64,000 nucleotides of DNA from an uncultured bacterium (GTDB lineage Bacteria; Fermentibacterota; Fermentibacteria; Fermentibacterales; JCC-6): NCBI GenBank assembly GCA_964386635.1, contig CAYLRO010000004.1, forward strand, positions 28,128 to 92,127. The letters are read 5' to 3'. Numbering within the stretch: position 1 is the stretch's first letter; each line of letters begins with the position of its first letter. Shown here piece by piece: positions 1 to 10,039 of this stretch. The notes below the pieces were generated by a model. That model was not told the DNA's origin and searched no databases. It was given only the letters and a program-made list of their open reading frames with translations. Both the position numbers and the translations under genes were made by a program.

Positions 1-270
1 ACCGGTGTAGATTACACTCCATTCAGCAGATTCTTCTTCCTTCGTGCATCTGCCGGTGTGGGTTATCTGCTGCACGATTACTGCGTTCAGGGTGAGGAGT
101 GGGACACCATTCATACAGAGTCGGAAACAGAAGTTCTCTTTACTGCAGGAGCTGGCACCAGGTTCCCTGTAGACGGCATTCCTGTGTTGGATTCCATGCA
201 CTTTCTTGTTTCAGTGGAGAAACTTGGAGACTCCAGCCTTATATCAGGTGAGATCGGTATAGGTTTATAG
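1..270 (+). CDS. 3' end of a probable outer-membrane beta-barrel protein (partial, runs off window start)
   Basis: Frame 1 is open from base 1 (TGVDYTPFSRFFFLRASAGVGY...EIGIGL*). It has alternating amphipathic strands and a hydrophobic terminal strand. Confidence 0.55.
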   Translation, partial: TGVDYTPFSRFFFLRASAGVGYLLHDYCVQGEEWDTIHTESETEVLFTAGAGTRFPVDGIPVLDSMHFLVSVEKLGDSSLISGEIGIGL

Positions 271-273
271 GGA

Positions 274-1644
274 TCACCTGATAACAGTAACAGGTTTTGA
301 AAGAATTATGCCGTTACCGGAAGCGTGAACAATGTACAGCCCGGTTCGTTGCAGCTGAGAGGTATTCACAATGCACACATTGTCCTCAGCTTCAACAGTT
401 TGCAGAGTTCTTCCTGCAAGATCAAGGAGTCTTACGGTGTACCAGTCATACTGGACGGGTAATGCAACAGAGAACGAGCTGGATGCAGGATTAGGATAGA
501 CAAGCAGTTCCGGCTTGTCTGTCTGCTGCGGATAGAGGCTCATGAAGGTGTCGAAACCATGGTGATATCCCATGTCCACTGTGGATGAGTCCGGTATGCT
601 GTCTGTTCTGGTCCAGGTGAGTTCCAGCCCGTAATCAACGGGGATTCCACTTCCGGCATCAACGCAGGGACTGTTCAGAGGCTGACCTGCCGCGGTCTGG
701 CTCAGGTACATGTCTCCTGTCAGAAGCGGGTTCTGGGAGATGTTCCCTCCGGTACCGGTGGGATCGGGAAGGTTGCCGTAGTTTCCATCCGGATTCCCCC
801 AGACGCAGTTGAATGAGAATGATGGAGAACCTCCGTCCTGTATGTAGAAAGCCGGAGCCTCATTTCCAGTGGCAATGCAGTGGTGAATCTCCGGAGAGCT
901 GTTTACCCTGAAATAGACTGCGCTTCCTGTGTAAAGTGCGAAATTCTCGGTGAACGTGGAGAATGAGATAACCGGATCTGAGAATGCATAGCAGTAGATC
1001 CCGCCGCCGTCATCGTGAGCATAACCTCCCTTGAAGAGACAGTTGAAGATCACAGGGGAGGAGTGATAGCAGAAAATCCCTCCCCCGTCGTCCCGGGAGG
1101 TGTTGTCAAGAAATCTGCAATGCTCGATAACAGCGTCGGAGGAATAGAGATACACTGCTCCCCCTGCAGATTCACACTCGTTATTCTGGAATACACAGTA
1201 TCTCAGAGAAGGGGCGCCTTTCCAGGCATAGATTGCTCCGCCGTTGTCAGCTTTGCAGCCGTTGAAAATCGAGTACTCTATTACTGCAGAGGCGTGTCTG
1301 GTGTGAACCCCTCCGCCGAAGGGTTCCGGTGCTGCTGTTCCATTCATGAAGGTGAAACCGGAAATCACAGTACTTGAATCAACAGAGCCGTTTATCTGGC
1401 CGTCTATTATCACAATGCTCTCTGTAAGGTTCTCACCTGAAAGGGTTACAGTCCACGGAGCCGAAGGGTCTCCCAGAAGCACAACACCGTTGTGCCTGCC
1501 GGTGATCTGTACAGGGCTGGAATGTTCTCCCGGAAGCACAAGAACCGTGTCCCCGGCTGCTGCACTGTCCAGGGCATTCTGAATACTTTCTCCCTGTTCC
1601 ACTGGAATTATCAGTCCGGTAAGAAGAAGAATCAGGGCTGTCAC
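274..1644 (-). CDS. Secreted right-handed beta-helix (pectin-lyase-like / Pmp-type GGA(I/V)-FxxN repeats) protein with T9SS-type C-terminal domain
   Basis: Signal-like N-terminus; repeated FxxN..xxGG(A/G)(I/V)Y motifs; C-terminus VYPNP...LLDLAGR...VTVIR. Confidence 0.8.
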   Translation of the reverse strand: MTALILLLTGLIIPVEQGESIQNALDSAAAGDTVLVLPGEHSSPVQITGRHNGVVLLGDPSAPWTVTLSGENLTESIVIIDGQINGSVDSSTVISGFTFMNGTAAPEPFGGGVHTRHASAVIEYSIFNGCKADNGGAIYAWKGAPSLRYCVFQNNECESAGGAVYLYSSDAVIEHCRFLDNTSRDDGGGIFCYHSSPVIFNCLFKGGYAHDDGGGIYCYAFSDPVISFSTFTENFALYTGSAVYFRVNSSPEIHHCIATGNEAPAFYIQDGGSPSFSFNCVWGNPDGNYGNLPDPTGTGGNISQNPLLTGDMYLSQTAAGQPLNSPCVDAGSGIPVDYGLELTWTRTDSIPDSSTVDMGYHHGFDTFMSLYPQQTDKPELLVYPNPASSSFSVALPVQYDWYTVRLLDLAGRTLQTVEAEDNVCIVNTSQLQRTGLYIVHASGNGIILSKPVTVIR

Positions 1645-3050
1645 CTTATCACCACGAACCTTCCTGATGCTTCTCCCGTTTCCCAGACAGCTCTTACAAG
1701 AACCACCCCTCCCGGCAGTGAGGGAAGATGGACAGGAGCTTCATTTACAGCTGAAGCAGGAACCAGGGCGTATCCCAGTATCCTTCCTGCAAGGTCATGG
1801 AAAGTAACCTCCGCTGCCTGTCCCCCTGTACCCTGCATGTATACTGTTCCGCTTCCGGAATTTGGTGAGGGAGACACTGATATGAACTTTTGCTGCACCA
1901 GGTTACTTTCTTGAGTACCGGTCTGATCCAGGTTGAGGTGATGGAAACCCATGTCAGTTGTATCTGTATCAGGAATGCTGTCAGTTCTTGTGCTCAGCAG
2001 GCTGATGGAGCTTTCCCGGCACTGTTCATGACCGGCGTCAACCGCCGGGCTGTTCCACAGCTGTCCCGCTGCCACCTGGGAGAGATTCAGCTGAGAGTCT
2101 GCAAAGAGCGGATCTAGAGAAAGATTGCCCTGGGTTCCCGATGGGTCTTCCATACCGTGGTAATTGGCGAATTCATTGTTCCAGCAGCAGGTGTTCGTTA
2201 CCTCGGGCGCTGTGGTGCTGATAACGTTTATACCTCCCTTGCCCAGGTTGGAGGTAATGATTGAAGACCGAAGAGACAGCGAGTCGATGGTGTGAACCCG
2301 CATACCGCCGCCATCGTCTGAAGCTTCATTCCCGTTCATGGTGATGTATTCCATGTCCGCGGTTCCCTGGAGGATTGTCATACCGCCACCGTCGTCCCCG
2401 GAGTAGTTTCCGGTGAAAAGTGCGTTTGAAAGAAGAATTGATGACTGATAACTGTTCAGACCTCCTCCATCATCAGAAGAGCTGTTATTCTCGAATCTGA
2501 GCATGAATCCTGTGAGATCAGATGCGTAGAGATCCAGTCCTCCTCCTGTAACCTGTGACTGGTTCTCAGTGAATGTACAGTGGAACAGGGAAAGAGAACT
2601 GCCTTCTGCTCCAATTCCACCGCCTATCAGTGCTGAATTTTCTGTGATAAGACAGTTGCTCAGGGATGAAACACTCTCATTGCAGTAAACTCCTCCGCCG
2701 ATGAAACTCTCGCTGTTTGTGGCATTACCGCCTGTGATCACCAGGTTTTCCACATAAACCGGGTATGTGAACGGACCGGAGAAAACCAGAACGGATCTTT
2801 CAATATCCTCGCCATCCAGTACAGCTCTGTTAAGAGGGTCCGAGAGGATAGTTACTCCCCCTTGAGACTCGCTGCAGAATAACATGGGCTCTGGAATACT
2901 GCTGGTGTACAGACCAGGTGTGAGATAGAGAGTGTCTCCTGCTCCCAGAAGGGTAAGAGAGTCGTTAAGTGCGTCTCCCGGGACAACTGTTACCTTTATT
3001 CCAAGAGCAGTGCAGGAGAGAATCAGCAGAGAGATCAGCGATCTTGTCAT
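1641..3050 (-). CDS. Secreted right-handed beta-helix protein with T9SS-type CTD, paralogue of 274-1644
   Basis: Same GGG(I/L)/FxxN repeats; shared block GN(I/L)S.(N/D)PL...LSQ.AAGQ..NSP.VDAG...TRTDSIPD...DMG(Y/F)HH; CTD SPSPN...HDLAGR...FVVIR; 4-bp overlap with the neighbour. Confidence 0.8.
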   Translation of the reverse strand: MTRSLISLLILSCTALGIKVTVVPGDALNDSLTLLGAGDTLYLTPGLYTSSIPEPMLFCSESQGGVTILSDPLNRAVLDGEDIERSVLVFSGPFTYPVYVENLVITGGNATNSESFIGGGVYCNESVSSLSNCLITENSALIGGGIGAEGSSLSLFHCTFTENQSQVTGGGLDLYASDLTGFMLRFENNSSSDDGGGLNSYQSSILLSNALFTGNYSGDDGGGMTILQGTADMEYITMNGNEASDDGGGMRVHTIDSLSLRSSIITSNLGKGGINVISTTAPEVTNTCCWNNEFANYHGMEDPSGTQGNLSLDPLFADSQLNLSQVAAGQLWNSPAVDAGHEQCRESSISLLSTRTDSIPDTDTTDMGFHHLNLDQTGTQESNLVQQKFISVSPSPNSGSGTVYMQGTGGQAAEVTFHDLAGRILGYALVPASAVNEAPVHLPSLPGGVVLVRAVWETGEASGRFVVIR

Positions 3051-5188
3051 TCTGTTACCACGATCTTTACAGATTCCGAAAATCCCATGTTTCTGAGATT
3101 GATGAAGTAAAGCCCCGGGGGAAGATTTCCAGTCTGAAGTGTAAGGGAATATTCTCCAGTCTCAAGGTCAAGTACCTCAGGAGCCAGCACGGATCTTCCC
3201 GTCAGGTCAAACAGGGTGACTTCAGCCTGAACAGAAGTTATTGCAGTAAGAATAACAGATGCATTGCCGGATACAGGGAAGGGTCCCACAGGTCTGATGC
3301 TTACTGCACCTCGGGCTGTCCACTGGGTATTTCCTTCTCCAAAGATGAAAGGTGTTCCGCCGAATGGCCCGGCAATCCAGTGGAGGAAATGCTGGCATAT
3401 ATGCGGACGAAGCAGTGTAAAGCCGGTGCCTGATGTGTTTCCAGGCCAGGGCGGATCAGGGGAGTAGTTCAGGCTGTCCATGGTCTTTCCGGCAGGATCT
3501 GAAATCATGAGCTTTTCACCATTGTCCATAAGATTGAAATTCAATTCCTGATCCGGATGAAGACTATTCTGGAACACATCAGTGAACAGAATCGAATCGG
3601 AAGCAAAAACAGCACACTCTCCCGGCTGGAGAATCAGATTCCCAATGGTAGTAAGGTTCTGTGGATTGCCGTCTCGAATTGACCAGCCGGCAAGGCTGAT
3701 CTGACTCTCTCCGCTGTTGTAAAGTTCGAGCCAGTCTCCCGGATTGAACACAGTAGAACTCAGGTAGTTTATCTCCGAGATCACAACAGAGCCGGTTATA
3801 TCAAATGAAGATTCCGGGACTGGCGGAACAGGTCCGTTACCTGATCTTTGCTCAATCCCGTTTCTTGTGCAGTATACCTGCAACCATAGATCTTCGCCTG
3901 TGTACTGGCCTGGGATGACCAGGAAGGTGTCGGTTAAAAAAGTCTCATAAAGAATATCCCCGGGATCGGAGAATTCGCTGTCAGGGGAGACTGTCACCCT
4001 CCAGGTGCACTGACTGCCTGCATCCTGCCAGGAGATCAGAATGTCTGAGCCTGTTTCCATGGCAGGATATATCCTGAATGGAAGGGGCCACTGTGAAAAC
4101 TGTGTCTGAAGATTGTCATACCTGGCCTCGGGCCAGTTCTGAACTGCTTCTATGGCAGTCCAGAATGCATCCATAGTGTAATCTCTGAAAGGGTCTTTCT
4201 CCACCAGAGGGGCAATGAGAACTGCCAGAGAGTCTATGATGTCATTCTGAGCAAAATCTGCAAGAACAGGATACTGATAATGAATCTCTGAGATCAGCTC
4301 TTCTCTTATTTCAGGATTGCACCACATCCGCCAGATCAGGGTGTTCCTCCTGTGGTGGTTACTGCTTGAGTTCCTGAAATAGGGGAATTCAGGTCCGTAC
4401 TTTCCCCAGGTGCGGTCCATGTCCCAGGCAATGTACCTCCATCTGCCTTCAGCTCCGGTTTCATCAAGAAGAAGATGATAATTGTGGTAGTAAGTGCTGC
4501 CGTGGCCCAGAAGAACATTGGTGGCTATGCAGGAGACAAGATCCTGATAGTGAAACCTCTGCTGAAGCTGTTCTCTGAATATCTCATCCGGGCAGAGCTG
4601 AAGCCAGTAGATCAGCAGTACAAGGTCATCCCAGGGCTGCTGTTCCTCTGTCTTCTTGCTGTAGGGTTCAAGGTTGTCCGCTCTGTCAAGAGTGGTGTAT
4701 CTGTCGGAGCATTTGTAGATAACTCCCTGATCCGGCAGTTCGGTGTTCAGCAGAAAGTCGCTGTCCACATCCTCCACAGAGATGTAGGCACCCTGTGTTT
4801 CACCATTGAAAAGAACTTCTACAATATGAACCTCAGGGACCGTCTGCCCTGTTTCAGCATAGAAGAGATAGGAAAGAAGCTCCCTGAGCCTTGTTTTGTC
4901 AAGGAATTCCGCGTTCAGATTCAGCTCATCCGATCCGAACAGAGTAAATCCGGTGGCGGGCTCTATCTTTATGGATTTCTTCAGATATGACCGGCTTGTT
5001 GCTCCTCTGATCCTGAATTGACAGCTGATGGTGCTCCCGTTGCAGGAAAGTTCAGCAGGAAGGTAGATGTCCTCCCAGTAATTTTCACAGGCATACTCCC
5101 ACTGATCCGGATCGAATTCAAGGTGAAGAACCGGTATTGTATCCGGCCACACAGAGAGTATTGAAAGGAGGATCAGCAGTGAAGACAT
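3047..5188 (-). CDS. CotH-kinase-family protein with lamin-tail domain and T9SS-type CTD
   Basis: IRGATSR..KKSIKI, YISVEDVD, HNY, WDMD (CotH); VVISEINY...DWLELYN...LAGWSIRD (LTD); FDLTGR...LPPGLYFI...KIVVTE (CTD). Confidence 0.8.
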   Translation of the reverse strand: MSSLLILLSILSVWPDTIPVLHLEFDPDQWEYACENYWEDIYLPAELSCNGSTISCQFRIRGATSRSYLKKSIKIEPATGFTLFGSDELNLNAEFLDKTRLRELLSYLFYAETGQTVPEVHIVEVLFNGETQGAYISVEDVDSDFLLNTELPDQGVIYKCSDRYTTLDRADNLEPYSKKTEEQQPWDDLVLLIYWLQLCPDEIFREQLQQRFHYQDLVSCIATNVLLGHGSTYYHNYHLLLDETGAEGRWRYIAWDMDRTWGKYGPEFPYFRNSSSNHHRRNTLIWRMWCNPEIREELISEIHYQYPVLADFAQNDIIDSLAVLIAPLVEKDPFRDYTMDAFWTAIEAVQNWPEARYDNLQTQFSQWPLPFRIYPAMETGSDILISWQDAGSQCTWRVTVSPDSEFSDPGDILYETFLTDTFLVIPGQYTGEDLWLQVYCTRNGIEQRSGNGPVPPVPESSFDITGSVVISEINYLSSTVFNPGDWLELYNSGESQISLAGWSIRDGNPQNLTTIGNLILQPGECAVFASDSILFTDVFQNSLHPDQELNFNLMDNGEKLMISDPAGKTMDSLNYSPDPPWPGNTSGTGFTLLRPHICQHFLHWIAGPFGGTPFIFGEGNTQWTARGAVSIRPVGPFPVSGNASVILTAITSVQAEVTLFDLTGRSVLAPEVLDLETGEYSLTLQTGNLPPGLYFINLRNMGFSESVKIVVTE

Positions 5189-7107
5189 TACAGTGTATTC
5201 AGGATAACTTCCGCTACCTGTTCCGGCTGCAGACCTTGAATTGTGTACAGCTCTTCAGAGTCACCGCTCATTCCATATCCCCGAACACCGAATCGGGTCA
5301 GAGGAGGAGTGTTTCTTTTTTCTGAGAGTTTCAGAGCCAGTGAGGCCCCCAGGCCTGTTTCCACATCGTGGTCCTCGTAGGTAATGATACGGTTGAAGGA
5401 GCTGAGCTCCCGGGTCAGGTCTTCAGGTAATGCATTGGGGCAGCTTACACACATGACTGCTGTGGAAATCCCTCCAACGGAAAGTATCTGTTCAAGCTGG
5501 AGAGCTTTGGCGCACATTGGACCCATGGCAAGAGCTGCAATGTCTTTGCCCGATGTGAGTCTGTCAATCTGTCCAAAGGAAAAACTGTAGTTGCCTGAGA
5601 ATACAGGCAGTCCGTCTGGTCCAGTGATTACAGGAAGCTTCGACCTTCCCATAGCGATGAAGAAGTTGCCGGGAGTGGAAGCTGCATACTTAATAACCCG
5701 GTCTGTCTGATTCGGGTCTGCCGGTACAATTGTTCTGCAGTTGGGCAGAGCCCGCATCAGCCCTGCGTATTTGATGCAGTGATGTGTTTTCCCGTCAGGG
5801 CCCACATCCAGACCGCAGTGAGTGGCTACTACTTTGAGATTGGTATGATTTATGTCATTCAGCCGATGCTGATTGAATGTCTCATCTGCTGCGAAAACAC
5901 CGAAATCGCTCCAGAATACAAGTTTGCCTGCAAGAGATGCCCCGCCTGACATTGCTGCTGCGTGGTGTTCCATGATACCTGTCTGGAAGAAACTGTTCGG
6001 ATATCTGTCGGCGAATTCCGCAGTTTTCACGCTTCCGGCAAGATCGCAGTCGAATACCAGAGGAGGATTTTCCGGGTTTGCATCGGCTATGTCCAGAAGC
6101 GCTTTTCCCCATGCGCTTCTGTTGTCTCCGAAGTGATCAGCACTGTAATTTCTTGGCTTACCGGTGTTGCGGATTCCCGGGTCTGATGTTTTTTCTGTGA
6201 ACATCCTGCCATGTTTCTGCAGGTACTCTTTTCTCTCAGCTCGAAGCTCGTGAAGATCGTTGACTGCTCCCAGCTCTTTCAAAGCAGTTCCAAGTTCTTC
6301 TTCCGTGAGAGCTTTGCCGTGGAACCCGGCCCTGTTCTCCATGAAGGAAACACCTTTTCCCATAACTGTTTCAGCAAGAACAAGCCTGGGCTTTTTCTGA
6401 TCTTCCGGTTTCAGTGCTATGTACAGAGACTGCAGGTCGTGACCTTCTGCCCTTACTACTTCCCACCCGGAAGCGAGGAATTCAGCTTCCAGGTCAACAG
6501 GCATGATCTCTTCAGTGTCCCCGGAGATCTGAAGCCGGTTAAGGTCTACAATGTACGTGAGGTTGTGGAGATGGAATCTGGAAGCAAACCTTCTGGCCTC
6601 TGTAATCTGACCCTTCTGGTTTTCTCCGTCTCCGGAAACAACCCAGATGTGATTCTCGATACCCCTGTTCCTGTCTGCAAGCGCCATGCCCACAGCAGCA
6701 CTGAGACCCTGCCCCAGGTTGCCTGTTGTGAGTTCAATGCCTGGCAGATGTCTCTCGATGTGCCCCTCGAAATCGCTTCCTGCGAGCCTGAATCCTGTTA
6801 CTGCACATCGGATATCGAAGAAGCCCAGACCTCCCAGAACCGAGTAAACTCCCGGTGAGGTGTGACCGTGGCTGACAACAATTCTGTCTCTGCCTTCCAT
6901 GTCAGGGCGGGAAGGATCGATTTTTGCCTGGCTCCAGAGCATGGCGTAGATCTCAAGGCTGCTCATGGATCCGCCGGGGTGCCCGTTTCCTGCAAGAGTG
7001 GTCATCCGGAGAATGTTGGCACGGGCAGAGTGACAGAGCTTTTTCAGCAGTTCTTCGGCTTCTCCGGGCAATGCCGGAAGCTGGAATTCTGTTCTTTCTA
7101 TAATCAA
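5188..7107 (-). CDS. tkt: Transketolase (single-chain)
   Basis: GHPGGSMS, HGH, TGNLGQG, ThDP motif GDGE...N, GIMEH, HCGLDVGPDGKTHH, YEDH. Confidence 0.92.
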   Translation of the reverse strand: MIIERTEFQLPALPGEAEELLKKLCHSARANILRMTTLAGNGHPGGSMSSLEIYAMLWSQAKIDPSRPDMEGRDRIVVSHGHTSPGVYSVLGGLGFFDIRCAVTGFRLAGSDFEGHIERHLPGIELTTGNLGQGLSAAVGMALADRNRGIENHIWVVSGDGENQKGQITEARRFASRFHLHNLTYIVDLNRLQISGDTEEIMPVDLEAEFLASGWEVVRAEGHDLQSLYIALKPEDQKKPRLVLAETVMGKGVSFMENRAGFHGKALTEEELGTALKELGAVNDLHELRAERKEYLQKHGRMFTEKTSDPGIRNTGKPRNYSADHFGDNRSAWGKALLDIADANPENPPLVFDCDLAGSVKTAEFADRYPNSFFQTGIMEHHAAAMSGGASLAGKLVFWSDFGVFAADETFNQHRLNDINHTNLKVVATHCGLDVGPDGKTHHCIKYAGLMRALPNCRTIVPADPNQTDRVIKYAASTPGNFFIAMGRSKLPVITGPDGLPVFSGNYSFSFGQIDRLTSGKDIAALAMGPMCAKALQLEQILSVGGISTAVMCVSCPNALPEDLTRELSSFNRIITYEDHDVETGLGASLALKLSEKRNTPPLTRFGVRGYGMSGDSEELYTIQGLQPEQVAEVILNTL

Positions 7108-7110
7108 AGC

Positions 7111-8802
7111 TCAGTCTCCGCTCTTTAGTTTTGCCACTACCTTTTCCTGAACAGCGGCTGCAATTCGTCTGGTGTCCTGCAGAAGCGCTTCTGCTTTCTC
7201 AGCTGTCTGCTTTTTGTAGTTTTCATCTTCTATGTCCGGGAGGTTGATAAGAACGTTGTAGTAAGCTCCTGTGGCGCAGGCAAGAGCAGCGGCAGCGGCA
7301 ACACCTGCGTCTGAGAGGCTGCTCTGCATACCTCTTTCAACCAGAGCCAGGCTCATCTCCGCCACTTTGGGTGATCTGGCAAGAACGCTGAGGGGAACTT
7401 CCACCGCGTACCTGATGGCAGACTGAACATCTCCTTTTGCCCTTGCAGTTTCCATCCAGATGTTGAATGCCCTGGTGTCCTCGTCAATTGCGTTCACAAG
7501 GAATTCCTTGATGTTCTGGGCTTCAGGAGCAAGTTCAAGCATTTCCTGCCAGTCTGATCTGCAGTCCCTGTTCTTAACAGTAAGATTGGAAACCATGCTG
7601 GTAAGACCGGCACCTACAGCTCCCATGAGAGCCGCTGCACTGCCGCCTCCAGGAGCCGGGCTGTCAATGGACAGTTCATCGCAGAAGTCTCTGCAGGTCA
7701 TTCCGGAAAGATTCACGGATCTGTCGGCTATCATGTACTCGATTATCTTCTTTTCCGGGTTGAATTCCGCCACATCGCTTAGTCCCATTGATTTGATCGC
7801 TATGCTTACAAGTTCTCGCTCAGGAGCTCCTGTGGTTTTTGCCTGCTTGCCCAGAGCCATAAGAGCTCTGTTCTGCTTTTCAAGGAAATATTTTCCGGCA
7901 TCAACCATTGCACTGAGGGGAACAAGCCCTACAACCTCGCTGCCTGTAACTGAAAGCCCCAGTTTTTCAGCTTCCTCTTTTGTTACATCGAATCCCACAT
8001 GAAGCGGGGTAACCCCGATGTCCGTAAGGTTCATGGTAACCTGAGCGGTGTTGTACTCTTCAATAAACCAGCCGGTGGCCTTACAGTTCCGGAGCCTGCC
8101 TTCCTGCTTTATCTTTTTACCCTGTTCGTCCCGTGCGAATTTCCAGTCGGAGTTCCTCTGAGTTCTGCCGGTATCTCTGATGTTCAGGGCTATTTCCTTC
8201 GCCATGGAGGTGTCTGTAGTGTTAAGATTCACATTATAGGCAATGAGGAAGTTTCTGGCTCCAATGGTACAGACTCCTGTTTTTGCCACTGCGTCATCCC
8301 ACCGATTGGGACCGAAGTCCGGCTTCCATTCTGTTTTACCCAGTTTGTTCGGGAGAGCCTCGTATTCGCCTTCCCTGATGTTCGGAAGCTTTCTCCATTC
8401 AGGTTTGGAGGCAGCAAATTCATAAAGGTAAACAGGTATCTCAAGCTCTCTGCCCACCTTTTCTCCCAGTTTTCTTGCCAGCTCCGCGCACTCTTCCATG
8501 GTTATTCCGCTTACCGGAACGAATGGACACACATCTGTAGCGCCGTGTCTGGGATGTGCACCGTGCTGCACTCGCATGTCGATCAGCTCGCCGGCACTCT
8601 TGATAACCATGAATGCCGATTCAAGAACAGCATCAGGTTCCCCGGCGATTGTGATAACGGTTCTGTTTGTGGCGGCACCGGGGTCAACGTCAAGAACCTG
8701 AGCTCCGCTGACAGATGAAGCAGCCTTTACCACAGCATCAATTACTTCTGTATTCCTGCCTTCAGAAATGTTTGGTACACATTCAACTATGCGCTTTGCC
8801 AT
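7111..8802 (-). CDS. ftcD: Bifunctional glutamate formimidoyltransferase / formimidoyltetrahydrofolate cyclodeaminase
   Basis: ECVPNISEGR, HPRHGATDVCPFVP, GARNFLIAYN; cyclodeaminase SPAPGGGSAAA. Start moved to ATG 8802 (MAKRIVECVPN), which follows AGAGGA. Confidence 0.93.
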   Translation of the reverse strand: MAKRIVECVPNISEGRNTEVIDAVVKAASSVSGAQVLDVDPGAATNRTVITIAGEPDAVLESAFMVIKSAGELIDMRVQHGAHPRHGATDVCPFVPVSGITMEECAELARKLGEKVGRELEIPVYLYEFAASKPEWRKLPNIREGEYEALPNKLGKTEWKPDFGPNRWDDAVAKTGVCTIGARNFLIAYNVNLNTTDTSMAKEIALNIRDTGRTQRNSDWKFARDEQGKKIKQEGRLRNCKATGWFIEEYNTAQVTMNLTDIGVTPLHVGFDVTKEEAEKLGLSVTGSEVVGLVPLSAMVDAGKYFLEKQNRALMALGKQAKTTGAPERELVSIAIKSMGLSDVAEFNPEKKIIEYMIADRSVNLSGMTCRDFCDELSIDSPAPGGGSAAALMGAVGAGLTSMVSNLTVKNRDCRSDWQEMLELAPEAQNIKEFLVNAIDEDTRAFNIWMETARAKGDVQSAIRYAVEVPLSVLARSPKVAEMSLALVERGMQSSLSDAGVAAAAALACATGAYYNVLINLPDIEDENYKKQTAEKAEALLQDTRRIAAAVQEKVVAKLKSGD

Positions 8803-8889
8803 ACCAATCGTCCTCTTTTCTGAGAGAAGATTTCTTGTATAATGGTGAATCGGTGAACAGTGGTCTAACATAATAGGGTTGGAGGTCCA

Positions 8890-10029
8890 GTGTACCAGGG
8901 AATAGTCGAAGGATTCTACGGGAAGCCTTTCCCGGACAGACAGCGAAAGATTCTCCTTGAGGAGCTTTCACAGCTTGATTCGGCAGCATATTTCTACGCA
9001 CCGAAAGATGACCCCTGGCACAGGCTTCTCTGGAGAGAACGGTACCCTGAGAGCAGGTGGAATTCCATAGCAGCCTGCATGGGCGGCTCCACAGCATTTT
9101 TCTTCTCTATAAGTCCATGGATGTTTCAGGACCATGAGTGGAGAATGGCCAGAGAAAAGCTTCTTATCGCCCAGGATTCCGGAGCAGCCGGGCTTGGAAT
9201 ACTTTTTGATGATGTCCCTGAGGAATCCGGTGGGGAACTGGCTGAAAGGCAGCTGGAATTTGCCGGGAAAGCCCTGGCAGATACTGAGCTTCCGGTAATA
9301 CTTTGTCCATCAGTGTACTGCGGTGAGTTCAGGGAACGGTTTTCAGGGGGGAATGACTATCTGGAAACATGGAGAAACAATATCCCCGGGAAATGGACAT
9401 CTTTCTGGACAGGTCCACAGGTTGTTTCAGAACACCTGTCCGATCTGGAATCCGCTGAGAACCTGCTGGGCGGGAGACCTGCTGTATGGGATAATCTCCC
9501 TGCTACAGACTACTGTCTTCGCAGGATATATCTGCCTGGTCTTTCTGATAGAATTCCGCAGAACTTTTCCTGGTTCCTTAATCCGTCAGACATATTTCCT
9601 GCTGCACTTCATTGTGTAATGGAACTAAAAGCTGCAGCGGGACTGCCCAGAGAGTGGCCTCTTCTTCTGGGAGAACACAGTCGCGGATGGGAGCTGATGC
9701 AGGAGTTTCATTACACTCCATGGCGGGCAGGGGAAACAGGCGGTGAGATCATTGCACGGCTTGAGGATGCTCTTCAGGGGCATCGAGTGTCTGATGCAGT
9801 TGCGTGGCTGGAACCTGCAGTCAGGGACATGGAGAGTTTCATCCAGGGGCTTCCACTGATAGAAGGGGGCTGGGAATTGCTGCCAGTAGCCCGGGATCTG
9901 TACAGAACCCTTTCTATCCTGAAAAAAGCACTGCTCTCCAGTGACCCTGCGGAAACGCTGAGTTATCTTATGAATGTTCGACTGCCTTATGAGAACCCGC
10001 TGGCGGCACTTGCCGCAAGGAAGCACTGA
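8890..10029 (+). CDS. GH84 beta-N-acetylglucosaminidase (O-GlcNAcase-like), no signal peptide
   Basis: GIVEGFYG, YAPKDD, catalytic ILFDDV, CPSVY, WTGPQVV, VWDNLPATDY, FLNP; GTG start after GGAGG. Confidence 0.85.
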   Translation: MYQGIVEGFYGKPFPDRQRKILLEELSQLDSAAYFYAPKDDPWHRLLWRERYPESRWNSIAACMGGSTAFFFSISPWMFQDHEWRMAREKLLIAQDSGAAGLGILFDDVPEESGGELAERQLEFAGKALADTELPVILCPSVYCGEFRERFSGGNDYLETWRNNIPGKWTSFWTGPQVVSEHLSDLESAENLLGGRPAVWDNLPATDYCLRRIYLPGLSDRIPQNFSWFLNPSDIFPAALHCVMELKAAAGLPREWPLLLGEHSRGWELMQEFHYTPWRAGETGGEIIARLEDALQGHRVSDAVAWLEPAVRDMESFIQGLPLIEGGWELLPVARDLYRTLSILKKALLSSDPAETLSYLMNVRLPYENPLAALAARKH

Positions 10030-10039
10030 GGAGGATCAA

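Noticed and set aside
6211-8718. Long plus-strand ORFs (6211-6858, 7460-8002, 7999-8718) opposite tkt/ftcD, and similar ones opposite groEL, pdxS and tolQ
   Set aside because: Antisense shadows of well-conserved genes, with no SD or family motifs.
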